Origin: Mobula hypostoma
Lineage: Eukaryota
Direction of reading: 5' to 3'
Assembly: GCF_963921235.1 (NCBI RefSeq)
Contig: NC_086097.1
Span: 84,198,001-84,262,000, forward strand
DNA length: 64,000 nucleotides
The notes under the pieces are model-generated. The model had not been told where the DNA came from. It did not search any database and worked only from the letters and a program-made list of their open reading frames with translations. Of this stretch, positions 12,870-25,165 are shown piece by piece. The position numbers and the translations under genes were made by a program. Each line of letters begins with the position of its first letter. Within the stretch, counting starts at the first letter, position 1.

Positions 12870-13212
12870 ACAATAGGGCATTCAGCCCATTGAAACCATG
12901 CCTATTTTCAGACCTTTCTTGTCAGTCTCATTTCCCAGTAACTAACTATGTCTCACATGCCCATCAGCTCGTTACAATTCTGCTGCTAACCCCCTACACT
13001 CAGATACTCTGCAGTACAATTCTCCTGCTAACCCCCTACACTCAGATACTCTGCAGTACCTTTGTGATGTGGGAAGAAACTGGAGCCCCCAAGGGAAACA
13101 CATGGTCACATGGTGGATGTGTAAACTCTGCACAGACAGCACCCAGGATCGAGTTCAAACCTGGGCTGCTGGAGCTGTGAGACAGCCGAGCTGCTGGTTT
13201 TGCCACCGAGCC
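12870..13212 (-). mobile_element. tRNA-type SINE with an internal 42-bp tandem duplication
   Basis: TGTGGGAAGAAACTGGAG...GGAAACACATGGTCACA body and B-box-like GAGTTCAAACC. TACAATTCT.CTGCTAACCCCCTACACTCAGATACTCTGCAG is duplicated at about 12973-13058. Confidence 0.7.
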
Positions 13213-13609
13213 AAGTTTTCTGATAAAATGTGTTTGGCATCATTTTAATAATGGTTCTTGTTTCATTTTTAAATAAGTTGATTGCTTCAATAATTAGAAG
13301 AATTTCAGATATAAGCTTATTCCTAATCCTGTGCAATGCCCAAGACATTTGGTGACTTTCTTTTATGGCACGGTGATATCTTACCATAAACCCTGCTGAA
13401 CCTATTAATATTATAAATCCAATGAGTCTAATGTTACCTTGTCCAAATATTTAAGGTATTTTTATAAATTTGTCCTTGGTATCCTTGCACCAGGCAGTAT
13501 AAAAATGATTCCTGGATTTACAGCTGATTGTTCTGGTGCCAAGTCCATGCACAGAGTCAATCCAGCCCCTGAGCAGCTGTCTTGGTTACAGTCTAACTAA
13601 CTGCTGATC

Positions 13610-14220
13610 TGATCAACCCCACTTTTCCCTCTCTCCTGCTCCTTCTCATCCTCCTGTCCTCCTATTTTAGTCCACTTTCCCATCTTCCACACAACCCCCT
13701 TCATCCATCTTCCTCCCTTGCCACCCCTTGGCTCCATTTACCAACTTCACACACACACATATTTCCCTCATCTGATTCCGACTGCCTTTCCACTCTTACC
13801 TCCTTTACTTACCCGAATCCAAGTCTGGTAGCATTTTGTGTTTCTGCTTCTTTCTCCTTAGAGGCTGTCTCTTATCTTCACACACTTCCCATCCACCTTG
13901 CCCCATCTTTGGCTTCCCTTTTTCCCTCTCTCCGTCTGCCTCCATTTATCACTCACCTGCTTTACAGTCTTCCTCCTCCATTCCTTCTCCTCTCTGCTAC
14001 CTGGCACTACCTGCCTGTCATCCTACACCCCTCCTCAGTCCACCAATCACCTTGGAATCATTTCTTGCTGCTCTCCTTGTCCTCTCTAAGCTGCCCCTCT
14101 CGCTCCTCCACTCTCCGTATGGCAGCAGCGTTCCAACCTGAAACGTCGGCAATTTCTTTCCTCCTATAGATGTAGCATGTCCTGCTGAGCTCCTCCAGCA
14201 CAACATTTGTTGCTCCATTT
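13610..14220 (+). mobile_element. Decayed Penelope-like 3' terminus
   Basis: A long pyrimidine-rich tract ends in CCTGAAACGTCGGC...TAGATGTAGCATGTCCTGCTGAGCTCCTCCAGCA, homologous to 26610-26680. Confidence 0.6.
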
Positions 14221-16199
14221 ACGCACTTCTTGAGCTTCCCTGCACTGGATATTGCAAAACATTGTTCATATTTGCCCATTAAGATGAACAGTTCTTTTTA
14301 ACTTGTGCACTGGAAGCATGTGGTGTTGCAGTGTATGCTTCCGGCAAGGGCAGGGAGAATGGCAACATAGACCCAAGTGTCAAACTCCTCTCATGAATAA
14401 AGGCCACAAGAGTGAAATACTGCAGGTCATTGGCATCTGGGGAACTGGAACCTAGCATAAGTTAATCGCTTCAGGGGACAGAGGGAAAAGCTAAAGGAGA
14501 AATAAACCAACTCCAAATGAGGTTGCCTGCATAACAACAGTCACTGGACTTCAAAGTAATTCATTTTACATGAAACGCTTTGGGTCACTTTTAAAAGATG
14601 TGATAAGGAAATTTAAAAATGTAAATCTTTCCCTTTGGAGAAAGAAGTCTAAGGCAGCACTGTAGAGATACAATCTTTGTCGCTGAGCTTCTAAGAATGT
14701 ATTGTACTAAGCTAGTGAAGAAAAGAAATAATTTCTGTCTCTTTGTTATTCAGCTTGTCAATGCAGAAATGGTCACTGTTGGTAATGGATTCTCTAAAAA
14801 CATTTTGCTCAATGATTTGCAAACACCTAAAGGTTGGCTGCTGCTAGATGTAAAAGGATTTGCCAACATAAAATAACATTTGAAAAAGGGATGGTCATTT
14901 AATCTGTTCAAACAGATCATGGCTGATTTGTGATAACTACCCTTCCTTGCCACATTTTCCTAAGTAATCCATTAATAAGAATTGCAGCTTTAAGATTAGC
15001 AATCGGGTTTGTATCAATTATCACCTGTGGGGGAGCATTGAATCTCTATCGTACTCTTAAGCGCAGGACGTTTCCTACTCCACTAATGAAAGATCTCTCT
15101 CTAATTTTTAAACCTCAGGTCCAACATTGACTGGGCTGCAGAAATTGTTCCTTTATGTATAACCTAATAGGGCTTCTTCTATATTTCGGGGAATTAACTG
15201 TCACCCTGTGGAATCCAGGCATCATACTGGAAGCGTTACTCACTATGTTTCCCCATATCCTTCCTAAAACAAGAGTTCAAAGATCATTCACATTTGTCAC
15301 ACTTTTGCCTCTTTCTTTGATCTTTTGATATTGATGATTTAAATATTTGTTTTCCACTTACCCTGCTTATGATACCACCGGAGTTTGGAATCACTGGCTG
15401 ACTGAGATATGATCTTCTGTTCTGTCCTCTAAGTTGTTTGAAATGGCGCTAAGAGGACCCCCTCCTTACTGGACCACCACTTGCTCTGTTAAGTCTGTAT
15501 AGCAGCTGGTGTAAGTTGTCACTCATGTACAACCATCTAGACCATCCATGGTCCTTATTAGGAAATTGTAACCTTTGAACTCTTGTCTTTGACTCCATGG
15601 AGGTCCTATCCAAAATGGCGAAAAACTGAATGTATTGGAGATCCAAAGAGATTCAGCGTTGTGTGTAGATCACTAAAAAGTGTCACAGTCTGCTTCAAAA
15701 AATCATTTAAAAAAGGCAAACAGAAATGCTGAGCAGCTCACACACAAAATGCTGAAGGATCTCAACAAGTCAGGCAGCATCTAAGGAGGGGAATACATGG
15801 TCACCATTTCGAGCCAAGATTCTTTATCAGAACTGAAATGGCTGGAAATTCTGCTCTTTATATTGAAAGTATATAAAATCAAAGTTGAGTTTGTTTTTCA
15901 TTGCACCAAGTATGTGTATGCGCAGGTGCAAAGAAGACTTTCTTGGAGTGGAGGATGGTTTGGTTCCACACCTCAGAAATGGTATAGAAGCAAGGCATCC
16001 TCCACTTCAAAGGACTGTCTAGGAAGAAGGAGGATAACTTTGCTTCAATTTTAGATTTCGGTTCTTTGAGGATTATTATCAAATGTCTTCAAGTTCAAAG
16101 AAATACTATCCCGAGATATTTCTTATACATTCTGATAGAGTATCACCTGATGATAGATCAGGCTTTATGTCAATATTGTGCATCCAAATTCCTCTACGG

Positions 16200-16236
16200 C
16201 AGGGGTCCATGACATAAAGAAGATTGGGGACCCCTG
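16200..16236. mobile_element. 37-bp hAT-type mini-element
   Basis: TIRs CAGGGGTCC / GGACCCCTG. The 8-bp flanks CTCTACGG and CACTACAG match 6/8, consistent with a hAT TSD. Confidence 0.6.
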
Positions 16237-16522
16237 CACTACAGAGAGGGGGAGAGTAGAATCTAGTCCAACAATTCTGTACAGCTCTGAGGGAGCCTTT
16301 CAGGTGAGCCATGAAACTAAAATTGTGTGTGCCCTTTCAAATAGAGGGGTCCCTGCAACAATTATTTTGGTATCTTTGCAAATATCTGTCACTCAGTTAA
16401 GGCAGATGATCACATTGCTGCTTGGATAGAGATGCAACCATAGTAGTGTCTGCACTTCAATAATATTTCCTGTGTACTGAGGCACTTTAGGGCATTTCAA
16501 CAGAATGAATATGTTGTATATG

Positions 16523-18863
16523 TGGCATCTGTTAGTCTTGCGAGACCATGGATCTGCTCCTGGAAAGTCTTGCTTCAGTCTGTGTTAGAGCAGCGTCTGT
16601 TGTGGCTGTAGAGGCCCACACGGGAGTGACAGAATCGGCTGCAGTGACTGCATTTGAAGGCTCTGACATCCAGTGTTGTCTTGGTGCTGTTTTTCCGACG
16701 AGTGCACTTTTCTTCAGCAGCAAGCCTCAGCTTCTCTTTTCCTCTTTTTAGACCTCTGCGTAGTTCCAGCCTCCAGCGAGAGCGATCGCTTGCAATGTCC
16801 TCCCACTTCTCGACGTTCATGTTCAGTGACTTCATGTCTCTCTTGCAGACATCTTTGAAACAAAGATGGGGCTGCCCTTGTGCTCTCTTGCCGGAGGCCA
16901 GTTCCCTGTACAGCAGGTCTTTCAGGATCCTCCTATCTGACATGTGGTGTACGTGGCCCAGCTAGCGGAGACAGAGTTGTTGGAGCAGGGTGAAGAGGCT
17001 GGGTATCTGGGCGCGGGCCAGGACCTCATTGTTGGTGACTCGGTCAACCCACTTGATGTCCAGGATGCTTCTCAGGCTGAGAAGGTGGAAGGCATTGAGA
17101 CGCTGCTCTTCTCTGTAGTAGAGGCTCCAGGTCTCGCTGCCGTAAAGCAGTGTGCTGAGGACGCAGGCCCTGTAGACTGCAACCTTGGTGTGCGTCATCA
17201 GCTTTCTGTTCTCCGAGACTCTCTTTGTCAGCCTGGCGAATGTTGAGGCTGCTCGTCTGATCTGTCTGTTGATCTCAGGGTCAAGGGAGATGCTGTCCGT
17301 GATGTTGGAGCCAAGGTATGTAAACTAGTGAACTACCTCCAGCTCGTAGTTGTTGATGGTAATGGCAGGGGGTTGCTCAACGCCTTGGTCCAACATGTTG
17401 GTCTTCTTCAGGCTGATGGTCAAGCTGAAGTCCTGGCAGGCTCTTGAGAAGCTGTCCATGAGGCGTTGCAGTTGCTCTTCAGAGTGTGTTGCCAGTGCCG
17501 CGTCATCTGCAAACAACATGTCCCTGATGAGTACTTCATGAACCTTGGTTTTTGCCCTCAGACGGGACAGACTGAACAGCCTCCCGTCCAATCTGGTGTG
17601 GAGGTAGACACCATCAGTTGATGTTCCCAAGGCGTGCTTCAGCATGAATGTGAAGAAGATGCCAAACAGGGTGGGGGCAAGCACACAGCCCTGCTTCACA
17701 CTGCTGCAGATGTTGAAGGCCTCCGAAGAAGAGCCGTCGAACTGAACGACGCCCTTCATGTCTGTGTGGAATGACTGAACTATCCTGAGGAGCCTCGGGG
17801 GACAATCAATCCTGGTGAGGATTTTGAACAGGCCGTCTCTGCTCACAAGGTCGAAGGCCTTCGTGAGGTCAATGAAAGCGACGTAGAGTGGTTGTCTTTG
17901 CTCTCTGCATTTCTCTTGTAGCTGTCGAAGGGAGAAGATCAAGTCGATTGTGGAGCATTCTGACCTGAAACTGCACTGAGACTCGGGATATACCCTTTCG
18001 GCTATTTTCTGCAGTCTGTTCAGGACCACACGGGCGAAGACCTTCCCAATGATGCTCAGCAAGGAGATTCCCCTGAAGTTGCTACAGTCGCTTCTGTCCC
18101 CTTTGTTCTCATATATGGTTACAATGTTGCAGTCTCTCATGTCTTGCGGCACTGCTCCCTCTGTCCAGCACTGGCACAGCAGTTCGTGCAGGTGGTTTAG
18201 CAGGACACCCTTTGCACACTTGATGGCCTCTGGTGGAATGCCATCCAATCCTGGTGCCTTCCCAGTGGGCAGGCTGTCGATGGCTTTACTCAGCTCTTCG
18301 ATAGTCGGCAATGCATCCAATTCCTCCCTGACAGGCAGGCATTCCACGGTGTCTAGCGCACTGTCCGAGATGCTGTTTTCTCGAGAGAAGAGTTCAGAGT
18401 AATGCTCCACCCATCTCTCCATCTGCTTGCCTTTGTCATTGATGGTCTCACCTGTTATGGTTTTCAATGGTGCTGTCTTACTCTGGGTTGGCCCAATGGC
18501 TTTCTTGATCCCCTCGTACACGCCATGGATGTTGCCTGTGTCAAATGATGACTGAATGCTTTCACATAGTTGTAGCTAGTAGTCATTTGCACAGCGTCTG
18601 GCTGTTCCCTGAGCCTTGCTTCTTGCTATCTTTAGCACTTGCAGTGTTGCCTGGGTGGGGTGGCGTTTGTGCTCTAGTAGTGCAACACGCTTTACCTCAA
18701 TGACGGTGGTGAGCTTACTTGAGCTCGCTTCAAACCAGTCCTGTGTCTTGCCCCGTTTCTTCCCAAAGGCCTTGAGTGCAGTGCTGTGGATAGTGTCCCT
18801 GAGAGAGTCCCAGCTCTGCTAAGCATCTCCTTCTGGTGGGTCTGCAAGGAGAGCATCCTTCAG
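16523..18863 (-). mobile_element. RTE-clade LINE, 5'-truncated and relatively young
   Basis: 398-aa RT ORF at 17325-18521 (KAPGLDGIP, FRGISLLS, FIDLTKAFD, VKQGCVLAPTLF, LFADD). It continues past in-frame stops to a C-terminal CSHCSRFCHSRVGLYSH zinc finger. Confidence 0.95.
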
Positions 18864-19367
18864 AAATATGTTACGTGTTATATAAATGATAGCTTCTTCA
18901 CTGAACTAAACTAAAAATCCTCTTTAATGCATTTAGAGTTTTTTCCCCAAATTTTTGACATTTAAACATCTCTGGAAATTATTTTCTACCCCCCACGACT
19001 CCCCACCAACCTCTCCATCCCACAGAATGTCTGCATTCCATTCTCCAGGCTGTCCCAGAAAATTGTGCAATTGGGGTGGGTAGAATCGAGGTCAGAGGAT
19101 GTAATTTTAAAGTTAGGTGGCAGGGCAGATTCAATTACACTGGCTGTAATCGGAAAAACACTGCCTCCTCAGTTGTTTGAAATAAGACTTTAACCTCTAA
19201 CAGTGGGCCATTGTAAGTGTTTGGGGAAGACTGATTGCTCAGTCCACCTGCAATCAAAATGAATAGTAAGTACCATCAACACCGATTGCTGCTTACTCTA
19301 ATGTTCTTCCTCTGTTGTTTCTGGATGAGGAGGCTGTCTGCACCAGCAAAACGTATTGTCTGTTCAC

Positions 19368-19391
19368 GTGTGTGTGTGTGTGTGTGTGTGT
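19368..19391. repeat. (GT)n microsatellite
   Basis: Read directly from the sequence. Confidence 0.95.
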
Positions 19392-19429
19392 ACGCGTGCG
19401 TACTTGGTGACACATACCCTGGTTCCAAA

Positions 19430-20950
19430 ACAGTCATAGCAAAGAAGAGTTACCTCAGGAAAGTCAATGACGTCGATCAGAACCCTGGTCCCCAGTCACC
19501 TCGTCCTGGACAAAGGCTTCACGGCACCAAGTTAAATGAACCCATGCACAGGCTTCCACCCCACAACATGAAGGCTGGGACCTGGAATGTTAGCACACTT
19601 GTGGACGACCACAACAGTAACAGACCAGAACACTGCTCTGCTGTCCTAACGTGGGGACTTGGGCACCTTGGCAGTTACATGGGGTGAGGTAGGACGGGAA
19701 AGTGATGGATGGGTCAAAGGTTTTGGCAGTGGGTCAGAATCAGAATTATGTTTAATATCACTGGCATAAGCCGTGAAATTTGTCTGCTACACTGTAATCC
19801 AGAGAGGCTAACCAGAATATAAAGCTCTGTCTCCTTGGGTTGCATTTTGGCATCAAAAATGATCTAGCAAGTTCCTGCTGTGGAATAATTGAATATTTTG
19901 GGACTGTCCAGTTCACTCTAATGCAGAATCAGCACACCACCATCACTATCACATGCACTCTAACTCTGAAAGTTATGGGTGAGGCTGAGGAGAATTTCTT
20001 GCTCTGACCTTGAGAACCCCTGACCTTTATACCAGAGGAAGTAATCTTGGGAAACTATGTGCCAGGTTGGACAGGACACAGAGCCTTAAAGCAGCATGAC
20101 TGGCAAAGAGACTGCAGGGAAAGCTACCTCCAACGGAGACCTCTTGCTAACTAAGTCTTAGTGCATCATAGCCAACTCAAGGGTCATCCCACTGAGGGCC
20201 AAGAGTGCAGGAAAGCACATTTAGGGCAAAGAAGCAGTCGGCACCTCCAGGGAGTACTTTGAGGACCTCCTAAACAGCACCTCTATTCTTGACATGAATA
20301 TCCTTGACTTTATCCCACGGAAAGCTATTCAGACCAGGTCTGCTACCACTTCTGCCTGGAGAGCAGGCATTGCTTCTGCTGAAGTTCTAAAACCTAGGGG
20401 ATAGATGCTATAAACAGAAATTCACAATCTTTTCTGCCACGTTTGGGAAGCAGACATCATACCAGGAGACCTCAGAGGTGCCATTGATTGTAATAACATA
20501 GGGGTCTGCCCAAGGGAAAATCATGGTCAATCTCAATCCCCTCATTCCGGAGGGCAAAGATCCGTTCCTTGAACTACAGTATTCCCTTGCTCCATCATGG
20601 CAAGGGATTCTCATGTGAAGAAAGGAACAACACAGGGTCCCTTTCAGAAAGGTGAAACATTCACCAATTAACAGGAGTACCTGATCCATGACTGCACAAA
20701 ATAGAGATGGCACTCACGTTAGCACAGAGGGTGCATCGAGCGTCTTTGTTGGGAACATACAGTATAAATGGTGCACTACGACTTTAAAATGCCCAAATGC
20801 CCCATATCCGACAAAGTTTGGGGGTTCTGCATCAGCTATTTCAGAACCCACATCTGCAGCAATGTAAGCTGTAGCACTAGAGGCTGCTTACAACTGGAAA
20901 CAGGATTAACAACAGATTACACTGAACCTTAATTCTCACCTTAACACTCA
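19430..20950 (+). mobile_element. Old, heavily decayed RTE LINE (endonuclease and RT fragments)
   Basis: MKAGTWNVSTLVDDHNSNRPEH is the APE endonuclease N-terminus. Later segments give LGNY.ARL, GKATSNGDLLLTK and REYFEDLLN. Confidence 0.75.
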
Positions 20951-21263
20951 GCGCATGAGGATCCTTCATTGCTATTACACAGGGGTAGATTCACACCTGT
21001 CCCAGGGAGGTGAAAATAAAGCAGGCAAAGCTTTGTACATTTGATTCCCAAACCGAATGAGGAAAGGTACAAACTGGTACGATTGGGGTATATTAATTTA
21101 ATCTCTATTAATTCCACGTGATAATAGAAAAGACATTTTACAGTAATGAGTATTTATATACTTTCCCATCAAAGCATGTTGAATTTGGAAAGTTAAAAAT
21201 GAACTATTACCATATATAACAATCTCATGATTTATTGAGACGTGTGACATCTACCAAAGGCAT

Positions 21264-21760
21264 GTTGTTGTTGTTCGTTCATCGTATGTCGATGAGGACC
21301 TCGACACCATTATGATGGTGTCAAGACTAGCACGTGACTTGGATTTAAGTGAGGGAGAGTTGCGCAGCGTCAGCCTCACTCTCTCTTCCCAATTCCCATC
21401 TGGATCCAGTGGCAAGACAGAGTCGAGACGGCTGGAGATGGGACTAGGCGCAGTGGATGACCAGGACATCTTCTGTGTCTTGTCCTGCTCTACACGTTCC
21501 ACAACGCTTGCAGAGACCGCCTTCTTGACCGTTGGACCTTCTATCGGTCTCGTCCGCTCAATCCACCGGAGTCTGTCTTCACATGCTGGGATAGTCAACT
21601 CCCTATCACACTGAGGGTTTGAGACCCGTCGGCTACCCTCACCTGGTTTAGCCGGCTTGTTGAAGCCGTTGCCTGGGGTGTGGCCGCTGTCGCATGCAAA
21701 CAGCTACGGGGAGCCCCAGGTGAGAGCTGAGTGCCAGGTGGGGACCAAAGGTGGACCAAA
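21264..21760 (-). mobile_element. Non-autonomous RTE-derived element
   Basis: (GTT)n on + is a (CAA)n tail. The body is CpG-rich, with GGATTTAAGTGAGGGAGAGTTGCGCAGCGTCAGCCTCACTCTCTC resembling RTE 5'-UTR-derived repeats (recalled, not searched). Confidence 0.55.
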
Positions 21761-22540
21761 GGCATAGCAGCATAGCAGTTGGCGAGGGGGATCACAAAGT
21801 TGAGGAAGGAGGACCGGGTCGAGACAACAGAGACTTATAGAGAAGAGGAGTTCGGTGGGTAATACCGTTCTGGCTGACCGGAAGTGCACTGAGAGTGGTA
21901 AATGTAAAGGAGTTGGGTGCTTACTGATCTGGTTAACAACAGATAGTGCAATATGGGTCATATTAAGATCGAGGAACGTGTTTGTAGACTGGATTGAACT
22001 TTTTACTGTTGGACTTTGGCCACAGTCCACCGTAATACAACACTTGGTGGCACGGGAGGTCGTTCCTACCTGTGGCCATCGAACGTGCAGCTCCTCCCGT
22101 GGAGGGTCAGACACCCTGAGCCAATAGACTGGTCCTGGACTTATTTTCCATCTGGCATAGTTTGCATTTTGTTGTTTGATCGTTTGTGGTTTTTGTATTG
22201 CTATTATTTACGCTCTATTCTTGGTTGGTGCGGCTGTAACGATACCAAATTTCCCTCAGGATTAATAAAGTATATCTATCTATCTATCTATGTAATGCTA
22301 TCCCAGCACCAGCAAACAGATTCAGTTCCCACTGCTGTCTATGAGGAAATTGTATGCTCCCTCTGTGACTGCGGTTTTCTCCTGGTGCTCTGGTTTCCTC
22401 CCACAATCCAAAGACATACTGGTTAGCAGGTCAATCAGCCACATGGGTATAATTGTGTGGCATGGATTCATTGGGCCAGAAGAGTCTGTTACCATGCTAT
22501 ATCTTCAAAGAAGCAAACAAACAAACAAATAAATAAATAA
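21761..22540 (+). mobile_element. tRNA-type SINE split by an insertion at about 21785-22290
   Basis: The head GGCATAGCAGCATAGCAGTTGGCG resumes as GTAATGCTAT...TTCAGTTCCC...GGTGCTCTGGTTTCCTCCCACA. The tail is (CAAA)/(TAAA). Confidence 0.65.
21785..22290 (+). mobile_element. Non-autonomous Rex1/Babar-like element
   Basis: Ends AAATTTCCCTCAGGATTAATAAAGTA(TATC)n, a Rex1/Babar-type tail. CpGs are retained. Confidence 0.6.
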
Positions 22541-23261
22541 TGCAACACAAGATTAATGGCTTCCTCTCAGGTGCAGAAAGTGACAGTAAAATAACACACT
22601 GCTGATGACACGCTTTTCCTTGGCCACCAAAGCCAAGGTTATTCCAAGATGCTTTTTCTTGAGGTCAAAGATAAATACATTAAAGAGAACGTCCTCCTTT
22701 CCCTTGCCAGAAAGGATATAGTAGTAGTAAATAATTGATGAATGCAGGACATGTTGTATTAAATTTTGTATAAACTGGAAAGTATAGCTGGTCTCCTTTC
22801 ACTCCTGTGGTCTACATGTTTGGTAATATCTAATCATCTTCTCACCTACTCTTATAACTTTAGTGCCCTGCAACAGTGGCTTTGGCCCTTTACCGCGAAT
22901 ATCTCAAAGAGTACATGTAGTCTGGCCGCAGTTCTTTCGATAATATCCAACTATTTTGTGCCTTTTTTCTGCCTTTTTTTGCAGGCATGCTTATTGTTTA
23001 TACATTTTGATCTTTCCTGTCCTCCATTAATTTTATTTTCCTGCTCACTCAAGAAAAAACACATTGGCAAATCATGATGAATATACCCAAGACCTGAGAA
23101 GGAAGTTGATGTAGTAAATGGATGATAGTACAAGATGGGTGAAATTTGTTCGGTTAGTCATTACACGTCCTTCCCAATTTGTACTCCATTTGGCTGGAAT
23201 TGAAAATCAGTTGAAATATTTAATTAACCGATCCTATACAGATTGTTGAACACAATCAAAG

Positions 23262-23938
23262 TTTTAGATTATGAGTCCTCATTTATTGTCATTTAGAAAT
23301 GTATACATGCATTAAGAAATGATACAATGTTTCTCCGGAGTGATATCACAGAAAACAGGACAAACCAAAGACTAACACTGACAGAACCACATAATTATAA
23401 CATATAGTTACAGCAGTGCAAAGCAATACCGTAATTTGATGAAGAACAAACCATGGGCACGGTAAAAAAAAGTCTCAAAGTCCCCGAGTCGATCGACGCC
23501 CGAGTCCCTGATAGCAGGTGGCAAAAGGGAGAAACTCCCTGCCATAAACCTCCAGGCAGCGACAACTGCCGATGCCTTGGAAGCAGCCGACCACAACCAA
23601 CACTGAGTCTGCCCATCTGAAAACTTTGAGCCTCCAACCAGCCCCTCCGATACAGCCTCCCGAGCACCATCCTCTGCCGAGCGCCTTCGACCTCGCCCCG
23701 GCCATTGAAACAAGCAAAGCTGAGGATTCAGGGCCTTCTGCTCCGGAGATTCTGGTTACCACACAGTAGCACTGGCAGCAAAGCGGGCATTTCAGAAGTT
23801 TTCCAGATGTTCCTCTGTACTCTCACGTCTGTCTCCATCAAGTCAGAATTGTGCACGATTCCCTACTTGACAGATAACAGATATCATTCACCAGAGAGGC
23901 CGCACGCACTGCTGTCATGTCGCCATCTTCTCCTCCTC
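23262..23938 (-). mobile_element. Non-autonomous Rex1/Babar-like element
   Basis: The minus strand starts GGAGGAGAAGATGGCG, has a CpG-rich body, and ends ...AATGACAATAAA followed by a short repeat tail. Confidence 0.55.
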
Positions 23939-24049
23939 GCTAAATTACCCATGTTAACTTTGTATATTACAAATCCCTCTTCTCAAAAAGCACTTAGTTT
24001 CCTTACTACTTATTACACCTCTCTCCTGTTTATCCTCCCTCCAAGAGGA

Positions 24050-24470
24050 TCACAACCTTGTCGTAGGCTTTGGAGGCTTGCGTGCCTCAGTGACCTGGAA
24101 AGCTAAGTTTGCTGGAGTCAGGACTTTATACTTTTGCCTCTTGGTTGGATTACCCATGCCAAACAGGTCAAAGGGTTGAGGCCAGACCAAAAGGGGCCCA
24201 CCAGTCCTCCAGGTCTGGGGGTTCAGCTCAGAGCTAACAACCCTGACTGGTAAAACAAAATTGTTACGGAGACAGCAAATGAAAAACCCTTCTACATCTG
24301 AGTGCAATGGTATTCCTGAGTCTCCAGCTGGAACTTACATGAATGACAGTAGTGAAAGCTGAGAGGAAGCTACTGACATGATGAAGGAAGCCCTGAGCAC
24401 CGCCAGAGATGACGGACCTCCATTGCTGTCCGAGACGCCAGCAGTGTAACAGGCAGTACATAAGTAAGAC
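24050..24470 (+). mobile_element. Internally deleted RTE (BovB-like 5' UTR fused to a 3' end)
   Basis: Starts CACAACCTTGTCGTAGGCTTTGGAGGCTTGCGTGCCTCAGTGAC (RTE/BovB-like 5' UTR) and ends in a TAAGTAAG tail. Confidence 0.6.
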
Positions 24471-24539
24471 TCCCCTTTATGATCTCTCTGTCTCCATCTT
24501 GGGAGACAAACTGTCTTGTACAGCTCATACAACTACCTA

Positions 24540-25165
24540 GACTACTCCTCCTCCCACCCAGCTTTTGTAATAACACTATCCCTTTCTCTCAGTTTCTCCT
24601 TTGCTGCTGCATCTGTTCTTAAGATGAGCTCACCCATTCTATGGTATCTGAGATGTTTTCATCTGCCAGGAGAAGTGTCTTCCTCCCCATATCCCTTTAT
24701 TTCCAACTCCCCCCCCCATCAAACCCTTATCACCCAGTTCTTTCTCCTCCCCCACCTGCTCATTACCTATGTATTCTCCCACTGGGTGCCCTATGTACTC
24801 TCCCACTGGGTGCCCTGTTTCTCCCTCAATGGCTCCCATTTGCCTACCTACCCACCCTCACTTGCTTCCGTTCTTAACCTGCTTTTCTCGTCAGGTTCCA
24901 TCATCTGCAGCCTTCTGTTGTCTCTGCTTATCACCCCCTAGACTCTGTCGCAATCTTCGGCCTTCCCTCCTCCACCTGACTCCATCAGCCAATCGACAGA
25001 TCTAAGTTCTCTCCTAGATCCACCCCCTTCACCTCTTTATACTGGCCATCTCCCCTCTACCTTTCAGCTTAGATGAACAATCAAGCCACAAAGCATCAAC
25101 CACCCACCTCCTTCCGTGGATGCAACCTGACTTGCTGAGTTCCTCAAGCAACTCATACTTTGTTC
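24540..25165 (+). mobile_element. Decayed Penelope-like 3' terminus
   Basis: A pyrimidine-rich tract ends GGATGCAACCTGACTTGCTGAGTTCCTC. It contains a 24-bp tandem duplication at about 24767-24816. Confidence 0.6.

Noticed and set aside
12870..13212. tRNA genes from B-box-like motifs here and in other SINEs
   Set aside because: These are degenerate SINE heads with no cloverleaf.
17325..18521. 398-aa RT ORF as an intact or domesticated reverse transcriptase
   Set aside because: It is bounded by premature stops within a 5'-truncated RTE and lacks the endonuclease domain.
23070..23145. C/D-box snoRNA (ATGATGA...CTGA)
   Set aside because: There is no terminal D box with a closing stem at the appropriate distance.
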